DNA from: Eledone cirrhosa
Taxonomy: Eukaryota
Direction of reading: 5' to 3'
Length of the DNA stretch: 64,000 nt
Assembly (NCBI GenBank): GCA_964016885.1
Contig: OZ024744.1
Location: forward strand, 29,574,001 to 29,638,000
In this document: in pieces, positions 43,101 through 55,100 of the stretch
Layout: each line of letters begins with the position of its first letter
Position numbering within the stretch: position 1 is the stretch's first letter
Translations under genes and position numbers: made by a program
The notes under the pieces: generated by a model
What the model was told of the DNA's origin: nothing
The model's database searches: none
Seen by the model: the letters and a program-made list of their open reading frames with translations, nothing else

Positions 43101-46100
43101 GAGGTCCATGACGTGGAGTGTCTTATACAGATTGTGTCACTGGTGGAGGACCATGACATGTCTTATATAGATGGTGTCTCTGGTGGAGGTCCATGACGTG
43201 GAGTGTCTTATACAGATGGTGTCACTGGTGGAGGACATGACGTGGAGTGTCTTATACAGATGGTGTCACTGGTGGAGGACCATGACGTGGAGTGTCTTAT
43301 ATAGATTGTGTCACTGGTGGAGGTCCATGACGTGTAGTGTCTTATATAGATGGTGTCACTGGTGGAGGACCATGACGTGAAGTGTCTTATACATATGGTG
43401 TCACTGGTGGAGGACCATGTCTTGTCTTATATAGATGGTGTGATTGGTGGAGGACCATGACATGTCTTATACAGATTGTGTCAATGGTGGAGGACCATGA
43501 CGTGTAGTGTCTTATATAGATGGTGTCACTGGTGGAGGGCCATGACGTTGAGTATCTTATAAAGATGGTATCATTGGTGGAGGTCCATGACGTGGTGTGT
43601 CTTATACAGATGGTGTCATTGGTGGAGGACCATGACATGTCTTATATAGATGGTGTCACTGGTGGAGGATCATGACGTGGAGTGTCTTATATAGATGGTG
43701 TCACGGGTGGAGGACCATGACATGTAGTGTCTTATATAGATTGTGTCACTGGTGGAGGACCATGACGTGGAGTTTCTTATACATATGGTGTCACTGGTGG
43801 AGGACCATGACGTGTCTTATATAGATGGTGTCACTGGTGGAGGACCATGACGTGGAGTGTCTTATATAGATCCTGTCACTGGTGGAGGACCATGACGTGG
43901 AGTGTCTTATATAGATTGTGTCACTGGTGGAGGACCATGACGTGGACTGTGTTATATAGATTGTGTCACTGGTGGTGGACCATGACGTGGATTGTCTTAT
44001 ATAGATGGTGTCACTGGTGGAGGACCATGACGTGGTGTGTCTTATATATATGGTGTCACTGGTGGAGGACCATGACGTGGAGTGTCTTATACAGATGGTG
44101 TCACTGGCGGAGGACCATGACGTGTCTTATATAGATGGTGTCACTGGTGGAGGGCCATGACTTGAGTGTCTTATATAGATGGTGTCACTGGTGGAAGACC
44201 ATGACGTGGAGTGTCTTATATAGATGGTGTCACTGGTGGAGGACCATGACGTGGAGTGTCTTATACAGATTGTGTCACTTGTGGAGGACCATGACATGTC
44301 TTATATAGATGGTGTCTCTGGTGGAAGACCATGACGTGTCTTATATATATGGTGTCACTGGTGGAGGGCCATGACTTGAGTGTCTTATACAGATGGTGTC
44401 ACTGGTGGAAGACCATGACGTGTCTTATATAGATGTTGTCAATGGTGGAGGACCATGACGTGGAGTGTCTTATACATATGGTGACACCGGTGGAGGTCCA
44501 TGACGTGGAGTGTCTTATACAGATTGTGTCACTGGTGGAGGACCATGACGTGGAGTGTCTTATACAGATGGTGTCACTGGCGGTGGACCATGACGTGGTA
44601 TGTCTTATACAGATGGTGTCACTGGTGGAGGACCATGACGTGGAGTGTCTTATACAGATGGTGTCACTGGTGGAGGACCATGACATGTCTTATATAGATG
44701 GTGTCTCTGGTGGAGGTCCATGACGTGGAGTGTCTTATACAGATGGTGTCACTGGTAGAGGACCATGACGTGGAGTGTCTTATATAGATGGTGTCACTGA
44801 TGGAGGTCCATGACGTGGAGTGTCTTATACAGATGGTGTCACTGGTGGAGGTCCATGACGTGGAGTGTCTTATACAGATTGTGTCACTGGTGGAGGACCA
44901 TGACATGTCTTATACAGATGGTGTCACTGGTGGAGGACATGACGTGGAGTGTCTTATACAGATGGTGTCACTGGTGGAGGACCATGACGTGGGGTGTCTT
45001 ATATAGATGGTGTCACTGGTGGAGGACCATGACGTGGAGTGTCTTATATAGATTGTGTCACTGGTGGAGGTCCATGACGTGTCGTATATAGATGGTGTCA
45101 CTGGTGGAGGACCATGACGTGTAGTGTCTTATATAGATGGTGTCACTGGTGGAGGACCATGACTTGACTTATATAGATGGTGTGATTGGTGGAGGACCAT
45201 GACATGTCTTATACAGATTGTGTCACTGGTGGAGGACCATGACGTGTAGTGTCTTATATAGATGGTGTCACTGGTGGAGGGCCATGACGTTGAGTATCTT
45301 ATAAAGATGGTACCATTAGTGGAGGTCCATGACGTGGTGTGTCTTATACAGATGGTGTCATTGGTGGAGGACCATGACATGTCTTATATAGATGGTGTCA
45401 CTGGTGGAGGATCATGACGTGGAGTGTCTTATATAGATGGTGTCACTGGTGGAGGACCATGACGTGGAGTGTCTTATATAGATTGTGTCACTGGTGGAGG
45501 ACCATGACTTGTTTATATAGATTGTGTCATTGCCGGAGGACCATGACGTGGAGTGTCTTATATAGATTGTGTCACTGGTGGATGTCCATGACGTGGTGTG
45601 TCTTATACAGATGGTGTCATTGATGGAGGAACATGACATGTCTTATATAGACGGTGTAACTGGTGGAGGACCGTGACGTGGAGTGTCTTATACAGATGGT
45701 GTCACTGGTGGAGGACCATGACGTGGAGTGTCTTATACAGATGGTATCACTGGTGGAGGACCATGACGTGGAGTGCCTTATACAGATTGTGTCACTGGTG
45801 GAGGACCATGACGTGGAGTGTCTTATATAGATGGTGTCACTGGTGGAGAACCATGACTTGGAGTGTCTTATATAGATGGTGTCACTGGTGGAGGTCCATG
45901 ACGTGGTTTGACTTATATAGATGGTGTCGCTGGTGGAGGTCCATGACGTGGCGTGTCTTATATAGATGGTGTCACTGGTGGAGAACCATGACTTGGAGTG
46001 TCTTATATAGATGGTGTCACTGGTGGAGGTCCATGACGTGGTTTGACTTATATAGATGGTGTCGCTGGTGGAGGTCCATGACGTGGCGTGTCTTATATAG

Positions 46101-49100
46101 ATGGTGTCACTGGTGGAGGACCATGACGTGGTGTGTCTTGTATAGATGGTGTCACTGGTGGAGGACCATGACGTGGAGTGTCTTATATAGATGGTGTCAA
46201 TGATGGAGGACCATGACGTGGAGTGTCTTATATAGATGGTGTCATTGATGGAGGACCACGACGTGGAGTGTCTTATACAGATGGTGTCATTGGTGGCTAA
46301 CCATGACGTGGAGTGCCTTATATAGATGGTGTCACTGTTGGAGGACCATGAGGTGGAGTGTCTTATTTAGATGGTGTCACTGGTGGAGGACCATGACGAG
46401 AAGTGTCTTATACAGATGGTTTCACTGGTGGAGGTCCATGAAGCGGAGTGTCTTATATAAATGGTGTCACTGGTGGGGGACCATGACCTGGAGTGTCTTA
46501 TTTAGATGGTGTCATTGGAGGAGGACCATGACGTGGAGTGTCTTATATAGATTGTGTCATTGGTGGAGGACCATGACATGTCTTATATAGATGGTGTCAC
46601 TGATGGAGGACCATGACGTGGAGTGTCTTATACAGATGGTGACACTGGTGGAGGACCCTGTTGTGGAGTGTCTCATATAGATGGTGTGATTGGTGGAGGA
46701 CCATGACATTTCTTATACAGATTGTGTCACTGGTGGAGGACCATGACGCGGAGTGTCTTATATAGATGGTGTCACTGGTGGAGGACCATGACGTGGAGTG
46801 TCTTATATAGATTGTGTCACTGGTGGCGGACCATGACGTGTAGTGTCTTATATAGATGGTGTCACTGGTGGAGAACCATGACGTGTAGTGTCTTATATAG
46901 ATGGTGTCACTGGTGGAGGACCATGACTTGTCTTATATAGATGGTGTGATTGGTGGAGGACCATGACATGTCTTATACAGATTGTGTCACTGGTGGAGGA
47001 CCATGACGTGTAGTGTCATATATAGATGGTGTCACTGGTGGAGGGCCATGACGTTGAGTATCTTATAGACATGGTATCATTGGTGGAGGTCCATGACGTG
47101 GTGTGTCTTATACAGATGGTGTCATTGGTGGAGGACCATGACATGTCTTATATAGATGGTGTCACTGGTGGAGGATCATGACGTGGGGTGTCTTATATAG
47201 ATGGTGTCACTGGTGGAGGACCATGACGTGGAGTGACTTATACAGATGTTGTCACTGGTGGAGGACCATGACTTGTTTATATAGATGGTGTCACTGGTGG
47301 AGGACCATGACGTGGTGTGTCTTATACAGATGGTATCACTGGTGGAGGACCATGACTTGTTTATATAGATGGTGTCACTGATGGAGGACCCTGATGTGGA
47401 GTGTTTCATATAGATGGTGTGATTGGTGGAGGACCATGACATTTCTTATACAGATTGTGTCACTGGTGGAGGAACATGACGTGGAGTGTCTTATATAGAT
47501 GGTGTCACTAGTGGAGGGCCATGACGTGGAGTGTCTTTTATAGATTGTGTCACTGGTGGAGGTCCATGACGTTGTGTGTCTTATACAGATTGTGTCACTG
47601 GTGGCGGACCATGACGTGTAGTGTCTTATATAGATGGTGTCACTGGTGGAGGACCATGACGTGTAGTGTCTTATATAGATGGTGTCACTGGTGGGGGACC
47701 ATGACTTGTCTTATATAGATGGTGTGATTGGTGGAGGACCATGACATGTCTTATACAGATTGTGTCACTGGTGGAGGACCATGACGTGTAGTGTCTTATA
47801 TAGATGGTGTCACTGGTGGAGGGCCATGACGTTGAGTATCTTATAAAGATGGTATCATTGGTGGAGGTCCATGACGTGGTGTGTCTTATACAGATGGTTT
47901 CATTGGTGGAGGACCATGACATGTCTTATATAGATGGTGTCACTGGTGGAGGATCATGACGTGGAGTGTCTTATATAGATGGTGTCACTGGTGGAGGGCC
48001 ATGACGTTGAGTATCTTATAAAGATGGTATCATTGGTGGAGGTCCATGACGAGGTGTGTCTTATACAGATGGTTTCATTGGTGGAGGACCATGACATGTC
48101 TTATATAGATGGTGTCACTGGTGGAGGTCCATGACGTGGAGTGTCTTATATAGATTGTGTCATTGGTGGAGGACCATGACGTGGAGTGTCTTATATAGAT
48201 GGTGTCACTGGTGGAGGACCATGACATGTAGTGTCTTACATAGATTGTGTCACTGGTGGAGGACCATGACGTGGAGTTTCTTATACATATGGTGTCACTG
48301 GTGGAGGACCATGACGTGTCTTATAAGATGGTGTCACTGGTGGAGGACCATGACGTGGAGTGTCTTATATAGATGGTGTCACTGGTGGAGGACATGACGT
48401 GGAGTGTCTTATATAGATGGTGTCACTCGTGGAGGACCATGACGTGGAGTGTGTTATACAGATGGTGTCACTGGTGGAGGACCATGACGTGGGGTGTCTT
48501 ATATAGATGGTGTCACTGGTGGAGGACCATGACGTGGAGTGTCTTATATAGATTGTGTCACTGGTGGAGGTCCATGACGTGGTGTGTCTTATACAGATTG
48601 TGTCACTGGTGGCGGACCATGACGTGTAGTGTCTTATATAGATGGTGTCACTGGTGGAGGACCATGACGTGTAGTGTCTTATATAGATGGTGTCACTGGT
48701 GGAGGACCATGACTTGTCTTATATAGATGGTGTGATTGGTGGAGGACCATGACATGTCTTCTACAGATTGTGTCACTGGTGGAGGACCATGACGTGTAGT
48801 GTCTTATATAGATGGTGTGATTGGTGGAGGACCATGACATGTCTTATACAGATTGTGTCAATGGTGGAGGACCATGACGTGTAGTGTCTTATATAGATGG
48901 TGTCACTGGTGGAGGGCCATGACGTTGAGTATCTTATAAAGATGGTATCATTGGTGGAGGTCCATGACGTGGTGTGTCTTATACAGATGGTGTCATTGGT
49001 GGAGGACCATGACATGTCTTATATAGATGGTGTCACTGGTGGAGGATCATGACGTGGAGTGTCTTATATAGATGGTGTCACTGGTGGAGGACCATGACAT

Positions 49101-52100
49101 GTAGTGTCTTATATAGATTGTGTCACTGGTGGAGGACCATGACGTGGAGTTTCTTATACATATGGTGTCACTGGTGGAGGACCATGACGTGTCTTATATA
49201 GATGGTGTCACTGGTGGAGGACCATGACGTGGAGTGTCTTATATAGATCCTGTCACTGGTGGAGGACCATGACGTGGAGTGTCTTATATAGATTGTGTCA
49301 CTGGTGGAGGACCATGACGTGGACTGTGTTATATAGATTGTGTCACTGGTGGTGGACCATGACGTGGATTGTCTTATATAGATGGTGTCACTGGTGGAGG
49401 ACCATGACGTGGTGTGTCTTATATATATGGTGTCACTGGTGGAGGACCATGACGTGGAGTGTCTTATACAGATGGTGTCACTGGTGGAGGACCATGACGT
49501 GTCTTATATAGATGGTGTCACTGGTGGAGGGCCATGACTTGAGTGTCTTATATAGATGGTGTCACTGGTGGAAGACCATGACGTGGAGTGTCTTATATAG
49601 ATGGTGTCACTGGTGGAGGACCATGACGTGGAGTGTCTTATACAGATGGTGTCACTGGTGGAGGACCATGACATGTCTTATATAGATGGTGTCTCTGGTG
49701 GAAGACCATGACGTGTCTTATATATATGGTGTCACTGGTGGAGGGCCATGACTTGAGTGTCTTATACAGATGGTGTCACTGGTGGAAGACCATGACGTGT
49801 CTTATATAGATGTTGTCAATGGTGGAGGACCATGACGTGGAGAGTCTTATACATATGGTGACACCGGTGGAGGTCCATGACGTGGAGTGTCTTATACAGA
49901 TTGTGTCACTGGTGGAGGACCATGACGTGGAGTGTCTTATACAGATGGTGTCACTGGCGGAGGACCATGACGTGGTATGTCTTATACAGATGGTGTCACT
50001 GGTGGAGGACCATGACGTGGAGTGTCTTATACAGATGGTGTCACTGGTGGAGGACCATGACATGTCTTATATAGATGGTGTCTCTGGTGGAGGTCCATGA
50101 CGTGGAGTGTCTTATACAGATGGTGTCACTGGTAGAGGACCATGACGTGGAGTGTCTTATATAGATGGTGTCACTGGTGGAGGTCCATGACGTGGAGTGT
50201 CTTATACAGATGGTGTCACTGGTGGAGGTCCATGACGTGGAGTGTCTTATACAGATTGTGTCACTGGTGGAGGACCATGACATGTCTTATACAGATGGTG
50301 TCACTGGTGGAGGACATGACGTGGAGTGTCTTATACAGATGGTGTCACTGGTGGAGGACCATGACGTGGGGTGTCTTATATAGATGGTGTCACTGGTGGA
50401 GGACCATGACGTGGAGTGTCTTATATAGATTGTGTCACTGGTGGAGGTCCATGACGTGTCGTATATAAATGGTGTCACTGGTGGAGGACCATGACGTGTA
50501 GTGTCTTATATAGATGGTGTCACTGGTGGAGGACCATGACTTGTCTTATATAGATTGTGTCACTGGTGGAGGACCATGACATGTAGTGTCTTACATAGAT
50601 TGTGTCACTGGTGGAGGACCATGACGTGGAGTTTCTTATACATATGGTGTCACTGGTGGAGGACCATGACGTGTCTTATAAGATGGTGTCACTGGTGGAG
50701 GACCATGACGTGGAGTGTCTTATATAGATGGTGTCACTGGTGGAGGACATGACGTGTAGTGTCTTATATAGATGGTGTCACTCGTGGAGGACCATGACGT
50801 GGAGTGTGTTATACAGATGGTGTCACTGGTGGAGGACCATGACGTGGGGTGTCTTATATAGATGGTGTCACTGGTGGAGGACCATGACGTGGAGTGTCTT
50901 ATATAGATTGTGTCACTGGTGGAGGTCCATGACGTGGTGTGTCTTATACAGATTGTGTCACTGGTGGCGGACCATGACGTGTAGTGTCTTATATAGATGG
51001 TGTCACTGGTGGAGGACCATGACGTGTAGTGTCTTATATAGATGGTGTCACTGGTGGAGGACCATGACTTGTCTTATATAGGATGGTGTGATTGGTGGAG
51101 GACCATGACATGTCTTCTACAGATTGTGTCACTGGTGGAGGACCATGACGTGTAGTGTCTTATATAGATGGTGTGATTGGTGGAGGACCATGACATGTCT
51201 TATACAGATTGTGTCAATGGTGGAGGACCATGACGTGTAGTGTCTTATATAGATGGTGTCACTGGTGGAGGGCCATGACGTTGAGTATCTTATAAAGATG
51301 GTATCATTGGTGGAGGTCCATGACGTGGTGTGTCTTATACAGATGGTGTCATTGGTGGAGGACCATGACATGTCTTATATAGATGGTGTCACTGGTTGAG
51401 GATCATGACGTGGAGTGTCTTATATAGATGGTGTCACTGGTGGAGGACCATAACATGTAGTGTCTTATATAGATTGTGTCACTGGTGGAGGACCATGACG
51501 TGGAGTTTCTTATACATATGGTGTCACTGGTGGAGGACCATGACGTGTCTTATATAGATCGTGTCACTGGTGGAGGACCATGACGTGGAGTGTCTTATAT
51601 ACATGGTGTCACTCGTGGAGGACCATGACGTGGAGTGTGTTATATAGATTGTGTCACTGGTGGAGGACCATAACGTGGAGTGTCTTATACAGATGGTGTC
51701 ACTGGTGGAGGACCATGACGTGGAGTGACTTATATAGATGGTGTCACTGGTGGAGGACATGACGTGGAGCGTCTTATATAGATGGTGTCACTGGTGGAGT
51801 GCCATGACTTGAGTGTCTTATATAGATGGTGTCACTGGTGGAAGACCATGACGTGTCTTATATAGATGTTGTCAATGGTGGAGGACCATGACGTGGAGTG
51901 TCTTATACATATGGTGTCACCGGTGGAGGTCCATGACGTGGAGTGTCTTATACAGATGGTGTCACTGGTGGAGGACCATGACGTGGTGTGTCTTATACAG
52001 ATGGTGTCACTGGTGGAGGACCATGACGTGGAGTGTCTTATACAGATGGTGTCACTGGTGGAGGACCATGACATGTCTTATATAGATAGTGTCTCTGGTG

Positions 52101-55100
52101 GAGGTCCATGACGTGGAGTGTCTTATACAGATGGTGTCACTGGTGGAGGACCATGACGTGGAGTGTCTTATACAGATGGTGTCACTGGTGGAGGTCCATG
52201 ACGTGGAGTGTCTTATACAGATTGTGTCACTGGTGGAGGACCATGACAAGTCTTATATAGATGGTGTCTCTGGTGGAGGTCCATGACGTGGAGTGTCTTA
52301 TACAGATGGTGTCACTGGTGGAGGACATGACGTGGAGTGTCTTATACAGATGGTGTCACTGGTGGAGGACCATGACGTGGAGTGTCTTATATAGATTGTG
52401 TCACTGGTAGAGGTCCATGACGTGGAGTGACTTATACAGATGGTGTCACTGGTGGAGGACCATGACTTGTTTATATAGATGGTGTCACTGATGGAGGACC
52501 ATGACGTGGTGTGTCTTATACAGATGGTCTCACTGGTGGAGGACCCTGATGTGGAGTGTCTCATATAGATGGTGTGATTGGTGGAGGACCATGACATTTC
52601 TTATACAGATTGTGTCACTGGTGGAGGACCATGACGTGGAGTGTCTTTTATAGATTGTGTCACTGGTGGAGGTCCATGACGTGGTGTGTCTTATACAGAT
52701 TGTGTCACTGGTGGCGGACCATGACGTGTAGTGTCTTATATAGATGGTGTCACTGGTGGAGGACCATGACGTGTAGTGTCTTATATAGATGGTGTCACTG
52801 GTGGAGGACCATGACTTGTCTTATACAGATTGTGTCACTGGTGGAGGACCATGACGTGTAGTGTCTTATATAGATGGTGTCACTGGTGGAGGGCCATGAC
52901 GTTGAGTATCTTATAAAGTTGGTATCATTGGTGGAGGTCCATGACGTGGTGTGTCTTATACAGATGGTGTCATTGGTGGAGGACCATGACATGTCTTATA
53001 CAGATTGTGTCACTGGTGGAGGATCATGACGTGGAGTGTCTTATATAGATGGTGTCACTGGTGGAGGACCATGACATGTAGTGTCTTATATAGATTGTGT
53101 CACTGGTGGAGGACCATGACGTGGAGTTTCTTATACATATGGTGTCACTGGTGGAGGACCATGACGTGTCTTATATAGATCGTGTCACTGATGGAGGACC
53201 ATGACGTGGAGTGTCTTATATAGATGGTGTCACTCGTGGAGGACCATGACGTGGAGTGTGTTATATAGATTGTGTCACTGCTGGTGGACCATGACGTGGA
53301 GTGTCTTATATAGATGGTGTCATTGGTGGAGGACCATGATGTGGAGTGTCTTATATAGATGGTGTCATTGGTGGCTGACCATGACGTGGAGTGCCTTATA
53401 TAGATGGTGTCACTGGTGGAGGACCATGACGTGTTGTGTCTTATACAGATGGTGTAACTGGTAGAGGACCATGACGTGGAGTGTCTTATTTAGATGGTGT
53501 CACTGGAGGAGGACCATGACGTGGAGTGTCTTATACAGATGGTGTCACTGGTGGAGGACCATGACGTGTCTTATATAGATGGTGTCACTGGTGGAGGGCC
53601 ATGACGTGGAGTATCTTATATAGATGGTGTCACTGGTGGAGGACCATGACGTGGAGTGTCTTATACAGATGGTGTCACTGGTGGAGGACCATGACGTGTC
53701 TTATATAGATGGTGTCACTGGTGGAGGGCCATGACGTGGAGTATCTTATATAGATGGTGTCACTGGTGGAGGGCCATGACTTGAGTGTCTTATATAGATA
53801 GTGTCACTGGTGGAAGACCATGACGTGTCTTATATAGATGTTGTCAATGGTGGAGGACCATGACGTGGAGTGTCTTATACATATGGTGTCACCGGTGGAG
53901 GTCCATGACGTGGAGTGTCTTATACAGATTGTGTCACTGGTGGAGGACCATGACGTGGAGTGTCTTATACAGATGGTGTCACTGGTGGAGGACCATGACG
54001 TGGAGTGTCTTATACAGATGGTGTCACTGGTGGAGGACCATGACGTGGAGTGTCTTATACAGATGGTGTCACTGGTGGAGGACCATGACGTGGAGTGTCT
54101 TATACAGATGGTGTCACTGGTGGAGGTCCATGACGTGGAGTGTCTTATACAGATTGTGTCACTGGTGGAGGACCATGACATGTCTTATACAGATGGTGTC
54201 ACTGGTGGAGGACATGACGTGGAGTGTCTTATACAGATTGTGTCACTGGTGGCGGACCATGACGTGTAGTGTCTTATATAGATGGTGTCACTGGTGAAGG
54301 ACCATGACGTGTAGTGTCTTATATAGATGGTGTCACTGGTGGAGGTCCATGACTTGTCTTATATAGATGGTGTGATTGGTGGAGGACCATGACATGTCTT
54401 ATACAGATTGTGTCACTGGTGGAGGACCATGACGTGTAGTGTCTTATATAGATGGTGTCACTGGTGGAGGGCCATGATGTTGAGTATCTTATAAAGATGG
54501 TATCATTGGTGGAGGTCCATGACGTGGTGTGTCTTATACAGATGGTGTCATTGGTGGATGACCATGACATGTCTTATATAGATGGTGTCACTGGTTGAGG
54601 ATCATGACGTGGAGTGTCTTATATAGATGGTGTCACTGGTGGAGTACCATGACATGTAGTGTCTTATATAGATTGTGTCACTGGTGGAGGACCATGACGT
54701 GGAGTTTCTTATACATATGGTGTCACTGGTGGAGGACCATGACATGTCTGATATAGATGGTGTCACTGGTGGAGGACCATGACGTGGAGTGTCTTATATA
54801 GATGGTGTCACTGGTGGAGGACCATGACGTGGAGTGTCTTATATAGATGGTGTCACTGGTGGAGGACCATGACGTGGAGTGTGTTATATAGATTGTGTCA
54901 CTGGTGGTGGACCATGACGTGGAGTGTCTTATATAGATGGTGTCACTGGTGGAGGACCATGACGTGGAGTGTCTTATATAGATGGTGTCATTGGTGGAGG
55001 ACCATGACGTGGAGTGTCTTATACAGATGGTATCATTGGTGGAGGTCCATGACGTGGAGTGACTGATATAGATGGTGTCATTGGTGGAGGACCATGACGT